In this document: piece by piece, positions 1-8,794 of the stretch
How the letters are laid out: every line of letters begins with the position of its first letter
Position numbering within the stretch: position 1 is the stretch's first letter
Assembly: GCA_024636955.1 (NCBI GenBank)
Contig: JAGXGB010000026.1
Coordinates: 42,757-106,756, forward strand
Source of the DNA: Bacteroidales bacterium
Lineage (GTDB): Bacteria > Bacteroidota > Bacteroidia > Bacteroidales > Lentimicrobiaceae
DNA: 64,000 nucleotides
Direction of reading: 5' to 3'
Notes under the pieces: model-generated
The model's database searches: none
Seen by the model: only the letters and a program-made list of their open reading frames with translations
Told to the model about the DNA's origin: nothing
Program-made: the position numbers and the translations under genes

Positions 1-2
1 CT

Positions 3-203
3 GCTGATTATCTGAAGAGAGAAATTGAACAGAACTACCTTAATGAAATCCATAAGATAGAAGAAGAAAAGCGCAGGAAGTTTGAAGCCGAAAAACAAGC
101 TTATGAGCGCCTCTCGGCTGAGGAAAAGAAAGAGCGACTTTTGGAAGGACTATATAACTACGATTGGACTACAGAAGAAGGAGATTATCTGGGGCATTCA
201 TAA
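3..203 (+). CDS. 3' end of an unidentified gene (last 66 codons, Glu/Lys-rich), truncated by the window edge
   Basis: Frame is open from the window edge to TAA at 201-203 (ADYLKREIEQNYLNEIHKIEEEKRRKFEAEKQAYERLSAEEKKERLLEGLYNYDWTTEEGDYLGHS*). No family recognised. Confidence 0.35.
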   Translation, partial: ADYLKREIEQNYLNEIHKIEEEKRRKFEAEKQAYERLSAEEKKERLLEGLYNYDWTTEEGDYLGHS

Positions 204-343
204 AGATTTGCCCTGGAGTACGATATCTGCTTTAAGTATCTTATAAGGGTTCCCCTTTATTATTTCCAATTACCCACAAACCTGGTTTGACAATCATCGT
301 TAACTCAACTGATTGCAGGACAGGGCAAGTAGAATATTTTGGT

Positions 344-351
344 TATCTTTG
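344..351 (+). promoter_or_regulatory. Candidate Bacteroidota -7 promoter box TAnnTTTG (TAtcTTTG) for the dCMP deaminase gene
   Basis: Exact TAnnTTTG match 22 nt upstream of ATG 373. Confidence 0.4.
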
Positions 352-372
352 TAATTCAATATTAAACGTATT

Positions 373-882
373 ATGACTGAAGAAACTGCTCAAAATAAAT
401 ATATACGTCCCACCTGGGATGAGTACTTCATGGAAGTTGCAAACACTATTGCCAAACGAGCTACATGCGATAGAGGCAGGAGTGGTTGTGTAATTGCCCG
501 AAACAAGCAAATACTGGTTACAGGGTATGTTGGTTCACCCATTGGATTGCCGCACTGCGATGAAGTTGGTCACCTTTTTAAGCAGATGACTCATGGTGAT
601 GGCAAGGTTACAAACCACTGTGTAAGGACTGTGCATGCTGAACAAAATGCCATTTGTCAGGCTGCCAGGCTGGGAATAGCTCTGGAAGGAGCAACCTTGT
701 ACTGCCGGATGACTCCATGCCGCACCTGTGCCATGCTGATCATCAATTGTGGTATAGTGCGAGTGGTTTGCGAGCATAAATACCATAGTGGCGAGGAGTC
801 GGAAACAATGTTCCGCGAGGCAGGTATCCTTCTTGACTATGTCAATGAAGAGATACTTGAGTATGCTAACCAAAAAGGTTGA
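373..882 (+). CDS. Deoxycytidylate (dCMP) deaminase
   Basis: 169 aa with the zinc-binding CDA motifs HAEQNAI and PCRTCAMLIINCGI. Confidence 0.9.
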   Translation: MTEETAQNKYIRPTWDEYFMEVANTIAKRATCDRGRSGCVIARNKQILVTGYVGSPIGLPHCDEVGHLFKQMTHGDGKVTNHCVRTVHAEQNAICQAARLGIALEGATLYCRMTPCRTCAMLIINCGIVRVVCEHKYHSGEESETMFREAGILLDYVNEEILEYANQKG

Positions 883-1084
883 TTGTTTCAGCAATTTGCT
901 ACATACATAGCACTGTGCTACTTAATTAACTGAAATTGAATTGGATAGATACCCCCTGATTCAGCTTATCAAACAAAATTATCGGATATTCTTAATATTC
1001 ATAAACAAGGAATACAATTCGTTGTTTATGGTAGCTAAAAAAGTAAAATCTGGAAAACTTTAACTTTAAAACATTATAAACAAT

Positions 1085-1714
1085 ATGTCATTAATTGGTA
1101 AAAAAGCGCCTTTCTTCAAGGCAAGTGCTGTGATAAACGGTATAGAAATAACTGAAGATTTTTCATTGGAACAATATATAGGACAGAAGCATGTAATTTT
1201 CTTTTTCTATCCTAAGGATTTTACTTTCGTTTGCCCAACAGAGCTGCATGCATTCCAGGATCGCATGGAAGAATTTGAAGCGCGTAATTGTGCATTAGTA
1301 GCATGTTCAACTGACACCGAGGAATCACACTGGGGTTGGTTACAAGTTGCTAAAAAACATGGTGGTATTCAAGGCATAACTTATCCAATAGTAGCTGATA
1401 CAGCAAAAACGATAAGTTCAAATTATGGAGTGCTGGCAGGTGATTATGACTACAACGATGAAGGTCAATTAGTTGCGACCGGAGATATGATAGCATACAG
1501 AGGGTTATTTCTGATAGATAAAAATGGTGTGGTTCATCATGAAACCATTAACAACTTCCCGTTAGGGAGAAATGTTGATGAGGCATTAAGAATGCTTGAT
1601 GCCCTTCAGTATTTTGAAGAAAACGGCGAAGTATGCCCAGCTAACTGGCATAGAGGTAAAGAGGCGATGATAGGCTCTCACCAAGGTGTTGCAGAGTACC
1701 TTAGCAATAATTAA
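1085..1714 (+). CDS. Typical 2-Cys peroxiredoxin (AhpC/Tsa family)
   Basis: 209 aa. FFFYPKDFTFVCPTEL carries the peroxidatic Cys and GEVCPANW the resolving Cys. Confidence 0.9.
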   Translation: MSLIGKKAPFFKASAVINGIEITEDFSLEQYIGQKHVIFFFYPKDFTFVCPTELHAFQDRMEEFEARNCALVACSTDTEESHWGWLQVAKKHGGIQGITYPIVADTAKTISSNYGVLAGDYDYNDEGQLVATGDMIAYRGLFLIDKNGVVHHETINNFPLGRNVDEALRMLDALQYFEENGEVCPANWHRGKEAMIGSHQGVAEYLSNN

Positions 1715-1785
1715 ACTTAAACTACAATTAAACTTATTAGTGTCGACACAATTCTGTCAGCCAAAAGATAAGGTAATATAAATTA

Positions 1786-1821
1786 ATGGGAGGAAAACTT
1801 ATAATTTTCCTCCCATTTTTA
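1786..1821. terminator. Hairpin terminator between the convergent peroxiredoxin and cvpA genes
   Basis: 12-bp perfect stem ATGGGAGGAAAA / TTTTCCTCCCAT (1786-1797 / 1805-1816) with a 7-nt loop, followed by TTTT. It abuts the cvpA stop codon. Confidence 0.6.
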
Positions 1822-2349
1822 TTCTTTCTTAATCTCCCGCCTTTTTACATCACCATTTATTCTTTCTAATCCCTTTTTAACTTCAGGCATGATTGAAGGG
1901 ATAAGTTTAGCGATTGGAGCATACAGTAGGGATGTGTTTTTTTTCTCAGCTTTAATTAGTTGATTTTGGTGATCAGCTATCTCAATAATATAAATCAGGG
2001 CTGATACAAACAGCAGTCCCTTAAGCGCACCGAATATTGCACCTGCCATCCTGTTGAAGCAACCTAAAGCTGCAAGTTCAAGAGTCTTTTGAACAGATTT
2101 GCCAATAATATACACAATAATAATGACTAGCAGGTAGCACAACGCGAAGGCTATTACATGCATAAAAGGTGAATTGCTACCTGTTGTTTCTCGCAGTATG
2201 GCTTCAAAATACCATGCAAACCTGATAGATAGGTAGTATCCGAGAATTAGTCCCAACAGTGAAGTTATACTCAAAATAAAACCCTTAAAGATTCCATGTA
2301 TAGCTCCAATACCTGCTATAACAAGTATCGCAATGTCAATTTGATTCAA
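1819..2349 (-). CDS. cvpA: CvpA-family (colicin V production) integral membrane protein
   Basis: 176 aa with about 4 TM segments. The N-terminus MNQIDIAILVIAGIGAIHGIFKGFI is typical of CvpA. There is a 4-nt overlap with the upstream ABC ATPase gene. Confidence 0.75.
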   Translation of the reverse strand: MNQIDIAILVIAGIGAIHGIFKGFILSITSLLGLILGYYLSIRFAWYFEAILRETTGSNSPFMHVIAFALCYLLVIIIVYIIGKSVQKTLELAALGCFNRMAGAIFGALKGLLFVSALIYIIEIADHQNQLIKAEKKNTSLLYAPIAKLIPSIMPEVKKGLERINGDVKRREIKKE

Positions 2350-3095
2350 AGGCCTTTAATCTTTCGGGTTAATTTTGTAGCAAAAACGAATTCATTAAGT
2401 TCAGGGTTATCACTATCAAGAATAGTATCTTTATTGCCCTCCCACCATAACTTGCCTGTGTGTATATAGAATACCCTGTCACCAATTTCTATAACTGAGT
2501 TCATGTCATGAGTATTAATTACTGTAGTCATATCATACTCTTCAGTAATTTCCTTAATGAGGATATCAATAACATTAGCAGTATGAGGGTCTAACCCTGA
2601 ATTGGGCTCATCACAGAACAGGTATTTTGGGTTCATTGCAATTGCCCTGGCAATTGCCACACGTTTCTTCATACCTCCACTTAATTCTGCAGGCAGAAGC
2701 TTATTTGCATTTACCAGATTTACCCGCGACAGGCAAAAATTAGCTCTTTCAAGGCGCTCCTCCAATGATTGATCAGTAAACATGGCGAGTGGGAACATCA
2801 CATTATGTTCAACGGTCATTGAATCAAAAAGTGCTGAACCCTGGAAAAGCATACCAATATCCTGCCTCACCATCTTCATTTCATCAAAAGACATGCGTGA
2901 AAGAACCTTATCATCGTAAATAACCTTTCCTTCATCAATCTCAAACAGACCTACCAGACATTTCATAAGCACTGTTTTACCGGAACCACTTTGCCCGATA
3001 ACCAGATTACATCTGCCAGTCTCAAACTTTACAGAGATATTGTCGAGTACTTTAGTATCTCCAAATGATTTGGTAACATTCTTCGCCTCTATCAT
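2346..3095 (-). CDS. ABC transporter ATP-binding protein, MlaF-like
   Basis: 249 aa. Walker A GQSGSGKT, ABC signature LSGGMKKRVAIARA, Walker B LFCDEP. 4-nt overlaps with both neighbouring genes. Confidence 0.85.
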   Translation of the reverse strand: MIEAKNVTKSFGDTKVLDNISVKFETGRCNLVIGQSGSGKTVLMKCLVGLFEIDEGKVIYDDKVLSRMSFDEMKMVRQDIGMLFQGSALFDSMTVEHNVMFPLAMFTDQSLEERLERANFCLSRVNLVNANKLLPAELSGGMKKRVAIARAIAMNPKYLFCDEPNSGLDPHTANVIDILIKEITEEYDMTTVINTHDMNSVIEIGDRVFYIHTGKLWWEGNKDTILDSDNPELNEFVFATKLTRKIKGL

Positions 3096-3835
3096 GCCAG
3101 GAGGAGGTTAGTGAGAATCAGATTAAAAACAATAATAGCTATGCTACTATGCACAACGCCTTTGGTACTGGCCTCTCCTACTTCAAGGGCCCCGCCCTTG
3201 GTATAATAACCGTGATAGCCAGATATTGAAACTATTAAGAATGCGAATACCACTGATTTAACAAGTGCATAGAATACATCATAAGCTTCAAAGAACGCTC
3301 TCAAGCCTAACAAAAATTCAGCCGAAGGCACCATTCCGGTTAAAGAACCAGCAAGCCAGCCTCCAGCATTCGCAACAATTATACTGATAGTGATAAGGAT
3401 AGGATTGAAGAACAGAACTGCAGCAATCTTAGGAAAGATAAGGTAGGTTGCTGAGTTAATGCCCATTATTTCAAGGGCATCAATCTGCTCGGTAACTCTC
3501 ATTGTTCCTATTTCGGATGAAACACGCGAACCTACCTTTCCAGCAAGTATCAAACTTATAATGGTTGGTGAAAACTCGAGTATTACAGATTGCCGTGTGG
3601 CATATCCGATAGTATATACGGGTACTAATGGGGTATCAAGATTGAAGGCCATTTGAATAGCCAGTACCGCACCCATAAAAATTGAAATGAAAATAACAAT
3701 ACCAAGAGAATCTAATCCCAGGTTTTCTATCTCAATAAATATCTGCCGGAGATAGATAGACTGTTTCTCAGGTTTTTTAAATACAAGGCGCATTAGCCGG
3801 ATATACCTGCCAATATGCATCATGAATGTCATCAT
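3092..3835 (-). CDS. ABC transporter permease, MlaE-like
   Basis: 247 aa polytopic membrane protein. It has the MlaE-type conserved block EQIDALEIMGINS and is coupled to the MlaF-like ATPase. The exact Met start (M1, M2, M5 or M6) is uncertain. Confidence 0.8.
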   Translation of the reverse strand: MMTFMMHIGRYIRLMRLVFKKPEKQSIYLRQIFIEIENLGLDSLGIVIFISIFMGAVLAIQMAFNLDTPLVPVYTIGYATRQSVILEFSPTIISLILAGKVGSRVSSEIGTMRVTEQIDALEIMGINSATYLIFPKIAAVLFFNPILITISIIVANAGGWLAGSLTGMVPSAEFLLGLRAFFEAYDVFYALVKSVVFAFLIVSISGYHGYYTKGGALEVGEASTKGVVHSSIAIIVFNLILTNLLLA

Positions 3836-3969
3836 AGTTTTTAAATGGCAGGTGCTAAATTACTACTTATTCTCATAAAAACGAATTGCTAAATGAAACT
3901 TCACACACTATGTAACGCCTGATTGCGATGAAATGATTATGATTAATAGCCAGTTATTAATTTATTTGT

Positions 3970-3977
3970 TATTTTTG
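3970..3977 (+). promoter_or_regulatory. Candidate -7 box TAttTTTG for the small lipoprotein / SprT-like pair
   Basis: Exact TAnnTTTG 30 nt upstream of ATG 4008. It lies inside the ORF-track extension starting at 3933, which argues for the 4008 start. Confidence 0.4.
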
Positions 3978-4007
3978 GAGCCTGATAAATTATTAAAAAA
4001 ACAAATA

Positions 4008-4193
4008 ATGAAACTAAGGGCCAGATACTCACTCTCCATCATCGTTTTCTTTATCGCTACAATGGTTGCTTCTTGTTCTTCACCAGCCTACCGACAGAAT
4101 AAATATAAGTCGGGTAAGCGTTTCCGTGATTGCGGATGCATGGCTGTACCTACACATGATAAATCCATTTTGAGTCTCAATGAACAAAAATAG
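4008..4193 (+). CDS. Small putative lipoprotein (61 aa), unknown function
   Basis: MKLRARYSLSIIVFFIATMVASCSS looks like a signal peptide with a lipobox-like Cys. I trimmed the start from the ORF-track 3933. It overlaps the next gene by 14 nt. Confidence 0.4.
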   Translation: MKLRARYSLSIIVFFIATMVASCSSPAYRQNKYKSGKRFRDCGCMAVPTHDKSILSLNEQK

Positions 4194-4818
4194 GACCTTA
4201 CGGCAGGCCCTTTCTGATTATATACCAGATGCAGCCGTTGAAATGGCTGCCGAATGGTTTAATAAATACCCTGTTATTTTAAAAATAACTCGCACCAGAG
4301 TAACCAAACTTGGCGATTTCAGGGGTGCTCCAATTGGTAAACCATCCTCAATATCAGTTAATCACAATCTTAACAAATATAGCTTTTTGGTAACCCTTCT
4401 GCATGAGATGGCCCATGCTGAAGTACACTTCAATCATTCACACCGGATGGCACCACACGGCAAAGTATGGAAACATTCATACAGAATGGTTGCTACGCCT
4501 TATCTGCAGAAGGAAATATTTCCCGATGATATACTGCATGTTTACACAGACTACTTAATTAATGCACAGGCCACCAGTACATCATATCTTCCTCTTGCTC
4601 AAGCTCTGAGAAATTACGACTCCAGAAATGAGGAAGTCACTGTTTCAATGCTTCCGCCTGAAACAATTTTTGCTTTACACGACGGCAGATTGTTTAAAAT
4701 GGTTACTAAACTTCGCAAAAGGTATAGATGCTTCTGTCTCAGCACGAAAAAAACTTATCTTTTCAGTCCAATGGCAATAGTAAAACCGATAGAAAGTCTG
4801 AAAAACCCAACAAGCTGA
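4180..4818 (+). CDS. SprT-like zinc metallopeptidase-domain protein
   Basis: 212 aa with HEXXH in LLHEMAHAEVHF followed by PHGKVWK, the layout seen in the SprT-like family. Confidence 0.6.
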   Translation: MNKNRTLRQALSDYIPDAAVEMAAEWFNKYPVILKITRTRVTKLGDFRGAPIGKPSSISVNHNLNKYSFLVTLLHEMAHAEVHFNHSHRMAPHGKVWKHSYRMVATPYLQKEIFPDDILHVYTDYLINAQATSTSYLPLAQALRNYDSRNEEVTVSMLPPETIFALHDGRLFKMVTKLRKRYRCFCLSTKKTYLFSPMAIVKPIESLKNPTS

Positions 4819-4876
4819 TTAACTTTGTGAAATCAATCCTGTTATATTGACAATCTGATCGTTAATATATTATTAT

Positions 4877-5968
4877 ATGAATAAAAGCAACTTTTGCATT
4901 ATTATGGCTGGCGGCGTAGGAGCCAGATTCTGGCCTATGAGCCGCAAGGATCATCCTAAGCAATTTATTGATATTCTGGGAACAGGTGAAACCCTAATAC
5001 AAGCAACCTTCAAGCGATTCCTAAAAGTTTGCCCGGCTGAAAATATCTATATTGTAACCAATGAAAGCTATAAAGAGCTGGTGTTGATGCAACTGCCAGA
5101 AATTTCAGAGGAACAGGTACTCTGTGAAACGTCAAGGCGAAATACTGCCCCTTGTATTGCATATGCGAATTACCGTATATTACAACGTGATCCTGATGCA
5201 AATATAGTGGTAGCGCCTTCTGATCACATCATCCTGAAAGAAGAAGTGTTCACTGAGGTAATCTTAGCAGCTTTGAAAGCAACCAAGGAACATGATTGGC
5301 TGCTAACACTTGGCATTCAACCCAATCGTCCGGATACAGGTTACGGTTATATCCAATTCGAAGAAAAGGAAGCCTGCGACACTGATAACCGAATTAAAAA
5401 AGTTAAAACCTTCACTGAAAAGCCACAGTTGGAAATGGCAAAGCAGTTCTTGCTCAGTGGTGACTTCCTTTGGAATTCCGGTATTTTCATTTGGCGATTA
5501 AAAACTATAATGCAATCTTTCACAAGCTACCTGCCTGACGTTGACCAGTTATTCAGAGCAGGAGTCGGGAAATACAACACACCCGATGAACCTGCTTTCA
5601 TTGAACAGACTTATGCTATGTGCAAAAGCATATCAATAGACTATGGAGTTATGGAGAAAGCCAATAACGTTTATGTGTTGGCATCAGATTTTGGATGGAG
5701 CGACTTAGGTACTTGGGGATCATTATATGATATCCGGAAAAAGGACGATGATGCAAATGCTGTAGTTGGCCAAAATATAATGATGTATGATACTCATAAT
5801 TGCATTGTGAATATGCCGAAAGATAAACTTGTAGTACTTCAGGGCCTTGAAGGATACATTGTAGTTGAAGAAGGGGGAACCTTGCTTGTTTGTCGGAAGG
5901 AAGATGAACAACAAATCAGACAATTTGTAAATGACGTAATGATTGAAAAGGGAGAAAAATACGTTTAA
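4877..5968 (+). CDS. manC: Mannose-1-phosphate guanylyltransferase
   Basis: 363 aa. N-terminal nucleotidyltransferase motif IIMAGGVGARFWPMSR, plus GYGYIQ and WSDLGTW blocks. Confidence 0.85.
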   Translation: MNKSNFCIIMAGGVGARFWPMSRKDHPKQFIDILGTGETLIQATFKRFLKVCPAENIYIVTNESYKELVLMQLPEISEEQVLCETSRRNTAPCIAYANYRILQRDPDANIVVAPSDHIILKEEVFTEVILAALKATKEHDWLLTLGIQPNRPDTGYGYIQFEEKEACDTDNRIKKVKTFTEKPQLEMAKQFLLSGDFLWNSGIFIWRLKTIMQSFTSYLPDVDQLFRAGVGKYNTPDEPAFIEQTYAMCKSISIDYGVMEKANNVYVLASDFGWSDLGTWGSLYDIRKKDDDANAVVGQNIMMYDTHNCIVNMPKDKLVVLQGLEGYIVVEEGGTLLVCRKEDEQQIRQFVNDVMIEKGEKYV

Positions 5969-5987
5969 AACCTATATAAGCACTATC

Positions 5988-8195
5988 ATGAAGAAATCAA
6001 TTATTTTGTTATTCGTACTAATCAGTGGATTTACACGGGCTGATGAAGGAATGTGGCTTCCGCTATTTATTGAGCGCCTTAATTATGTTGACATGCAGAA
6101 AGAAGGCCTAAAGCTAACTGCTGAAGAGATTTACAGTGTAAATAATTCAAGTTTAAAGGATGCTATTATCCAGTTTGGCAACGGCTGTACAGGTGAAATT
6201 ATTAGCAATCAGGGACTTGTACTCACAAACCACCACTGTGGCTACGGCGCTATTCAATCACATAGTTCTACTCAGCACGATTATCTTGCTGATGGTTTCT
6301 GGGCAATGAATATGAAAGAAGAACTTCGCAATGAAGGTCTTACCGCCCGATTCCTTGTTCGGATTGAGGATGTAACCGGGCGTGTAATTGAAGGCGTGAA
6401 CGACAATATGAGTGAGGCTGAAAGATCAGAAGCTATCAAAAAACTGTCTAAAACAATCACTGATGAAGCTGAAAACGGCACCAATTACCAGGCCAGAGTT
6501 GCCAGTTTCTATAAAGGTAATGAGTTCTACTTATTTGTTTATGAGGTTTTTCGTGATGTAAGACTTGTTGGTGCTCCTCCCTCTTCGATAGGAAAATACG
6601 GCGCTGATACAGATAACTGGATGTGGCCTCGTCACACAGGTGACTTTTCCATTTTTAGGGTTTATACCAATGCCGAAGGAAAACCTGCTGATTATAATGA
6701 GAACAATATACCATTGAAACCACGTCATCATTTACCAATTTCACTTGCGGGAGTAGAAAAAGGTGATTTCGCAATGATTATGGGATATCCGGGTGGTACT
6801 GATCGCTATATGACCTCATGGGGTGTTGATCAGGCTATCAATATAAACAATCCTACAATTGTTAACATTCGCGCAAAGAAATTAGGTATCATGCGTGAAG
6901 ACATGGATGCAAGCCGTGATATCAATATTAAGTACGCTTCGAAATATGCGGGCATTGCAAATTATTGGAAATACTTCATTGGACAGACCAGAGGTCTTAA
7001 GAGATTGAATGTTTTGGAAGATAAGCAGCGTATTGAAGATGATTTTGAGAAATGGGTGAATGCTTCTGCTGAACGTAAGGCTAAGTATGGCAATGTGCTT
7101 ACTGATTTTGCCAGCGCTTATAAAAACCTAAATGAATATCATGTTCAAAGAATTTATTATTCTGAAGCCATTGTAAGAGGTGCTGAAATAATGACACTGG
7201 CCAATGCTTTTAATATGCTAGCCACAGAGCTAAAAGAAGAAAAACCTTCAACTGAAAAGTTGGCCAAACTAAAAGAAAACTTGCTGAAATACAGTGAAAG
7301 ACACTTTAAGAATTACAATGAACAAACAGATTTGAAGCTACTCTCAGCCATGCTTCAAATGTATTATGAAAATGTACCTGCTGACCATCAGCCTGCTGCA
7401 TATAGAGCACTAGTAGTAAAGAACAAAAATAACTTTAACAAAATAGCAGGTAACATCTTTGAAAAGTCAATATTTAGCAAAAAAGCCCTGGTAGATGCAT
7501 TTATAGCAAACCCAAATATTAAAAAACTGGAGAAAGATCCAGCCTATAAACTGGTGAGGGCATTCAACACAAAATTCACTGAAAACCAAAAGAACATTGC
7601 TGAAGCTAATATTGCCCTTGAAAGAAGCAGCAGGTTTTTCATAGCAGGTTTACGCGAAATGTTACCTGATAAGAAGTTTTATCCTGACGCTAACTCTACT
7701 ATGAGACTCTCTTATGGTAAAGTGCTCGACTATTACCCTGCCGATGCAGTTCATTATGATTATTACACAACCATGAAAGGTATTATGGAGAAAGAAGACT
7801 CTACTAGTTGGGAATTTGTAGTACCTGAAAAATTGAAAGAATTGTATGAACAGAAAAATTTCGGCATATACGGCGAAAACGGCGAAATGCCAGTAGGGTT
7901 CATAACTACCAACGATATTACCGGAGGTAATTCAGGAAGCCCGGTAATGAATGGAAATGGAGAACTTATTGGACTCGCCTTTGATGGTAATTGGGAAGCC
8001 ATGAGCGGTGATATAGCTTTTGAACCTGAACTACAGCGTACCATTAATGTTGATATACGTTATGTGTTATTCATTATAGACAAGTACGCCGGTGCAAAAA
8101 ATCTAATAGATGAGCTTACTCTCGTAAACAAAGAAAGAGTAAAGGCTGAAAAACAAGACACAAAAGCTCCCGTTACTACTGAATTAGTAAATTAG
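5988..8195 (+). CDS. S46-family dipeptidyl-peptidase, DPP7-like (copy 1)
   Basis: Signal peptide MKKSIILLFVLISGFTRA followed by DEGMWLP. Catalytic blocks are TNHHCG (His), GDFSIFRV (Asp) and GGNSGSPV (Ser). Gly sits at +18 from the Ser (FDGNWE). I trimmed the start from the ORF-track 5943. Confidence 0.9.
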   Translation: MKKSIILLFVLISGFTRADEGMWLPLFIERLNYVDMQKEGLKLTAEEIYSVNNSSLKDAIIQFGNGCTGEIISNQGLVLTNHHCGYGAIQSHSSTQHDYLADGFWAMNMKEELRNEGLTARFLVRIEDVTGRVIEGVNDNMSEAERSEAIKKLSKTITDEAENGTNYQARVASFYKGNEFYLFVYEVFRDVRLVGAPPSSIGKYGADTDNWMWPRHTGDFSIFRVYTNAEGKPADYNENNIPLKPRHHLPISLAGVEKGDFAMIMGYPGGTDRYMTSWGVDQAININNPTIVNIRAKKLGIMREDMDASRDINIKYASKYAGIANYWKYFIGQTRGLKRLNVLEDKQRIEDDFEKWVNASAERKAKYGNVLTDFASAYKNLNEYHVQRIYYSEAIVRGAEIMTLANAFNMLATELKEEKPSTEKLAKLKENLLKYSERHFKNYNEQTDLKLLSAMLQMYYENVPADHQPAAYRALVVKNKNNFNKIAGNIFEKSIFSKKALVDAFIANPNIKKLEKDPAYKLVRAFNTKFTENQKNIAEANIALERSSRFFIAGLREMLPDKKFYPDANSTMRLSYGKVLDYYPADAVHYDYYTTMKGIMEKEDSTSWEFVVPEKLKELYEQKNFGIYGENGEMPVGFITTNDITGGNSGSPVMNGNGELIGLAFDGNWEAMSGDIAFEPELQRTINVDIRYVLFIIDKYAGAKNLIDELTLVNKERVKAEKQDTKAPVTTELVN

Positions 8196-8210
8196 GAAGT
8201 ATAAAAATTG

Positions 8211-8257
8211 CTACCGGTGAACTTGTGTTATTAGTGCAAGTTCACCGGTAGTTTTTT
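8211..8257 (+). terminator. Rho-independent terminator of S46 copy 1
   Basis: 15-bp perfect stem CTACCGGTGAACTTG / CAAGTTCACCGGTAG (8211-8225 / 8237-8251), followed by TTTTTT. Confidence 0.8.
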
Positions 8258-8326
8258 AAACTTAGGTTATATATAATGTCTATTTGTAGGCTTCACAACT
8301 TGAAAAAATAACTTAATAGAAGCATT

Positions 8327-8794
8327 ATGGCAATGGAAATAGAAAGAAAGTTTCTGTTAAATACTGATGATTACAGACAACTTGCGGTACCAGTAAAATA
8401 CATCCAGGGCTATATTGCATTACTCGACGATAGGATATTGAGGGTTAGAATTGCAGGTGAAACCGGATATATTACACTTAAGATAAAGATCAGTAACCTG
8501 ATTCGTAAGGAATATGAATACAAAATTCCTCTGGAAGATGCGAATGAGCTATTAAAAGAAGCATCAGTGACCGGGATTATTGAAAAGGTGCGATATACTT
8601 TCTTATCTAATGGCAATATATGGGAAGTTGATGAGTTCCATGGCGACAATGAAGGATTAGTTGTTGCTGAAATTGAGCTTTCATCTCCTGACCAACAATT
8701 TGACAAACCGGATTGGCTTGGTATTGAAGTGACTGATGATGATCGATACCTGAATGCTAATCTTGCAAAGAACCCTTATACAAAATGGATTTAG
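8327..8794 (+). CDS. CYTH-domain protein (triphosphate tunnel metalloenzyme family)
   Basis: 155 aa, the size of a stand-alone CYTH protein. It has the N-terminal ExExK signature (MEIERKFLL). Confidence 0.75.
   Translation: MAMEIERKFLLNTDDYRQLAVPVKYIQGYIALLDDRILRVRIAGETGYITLKIKISNLIRKEYEYKIPLEDANELLKEASVTGIIEKVRYTFLSNGNIWEVDEFHGDNEGLVVAEIELSSPDQQFDKPDWLGIEVTDDDRYLNANLAKNPYTKWI

Noticed and set aside
5943-5987. N-terminal extensions in the ORF track: 5943 (S46 copy 1), 12982 (S46 copy 2), 22000 (ABC ATPase), 31650 (mtnA), 45315 (C25-2), 52994 (radical SAM) and 3933 (lipoprotein).
   Set aside because: In each case an internal Met gives a canonical signal peptide or a conserved family N-terminus. 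In three cases a TAnnTTTG promoter box lies inside the extension. I used the shorter models.
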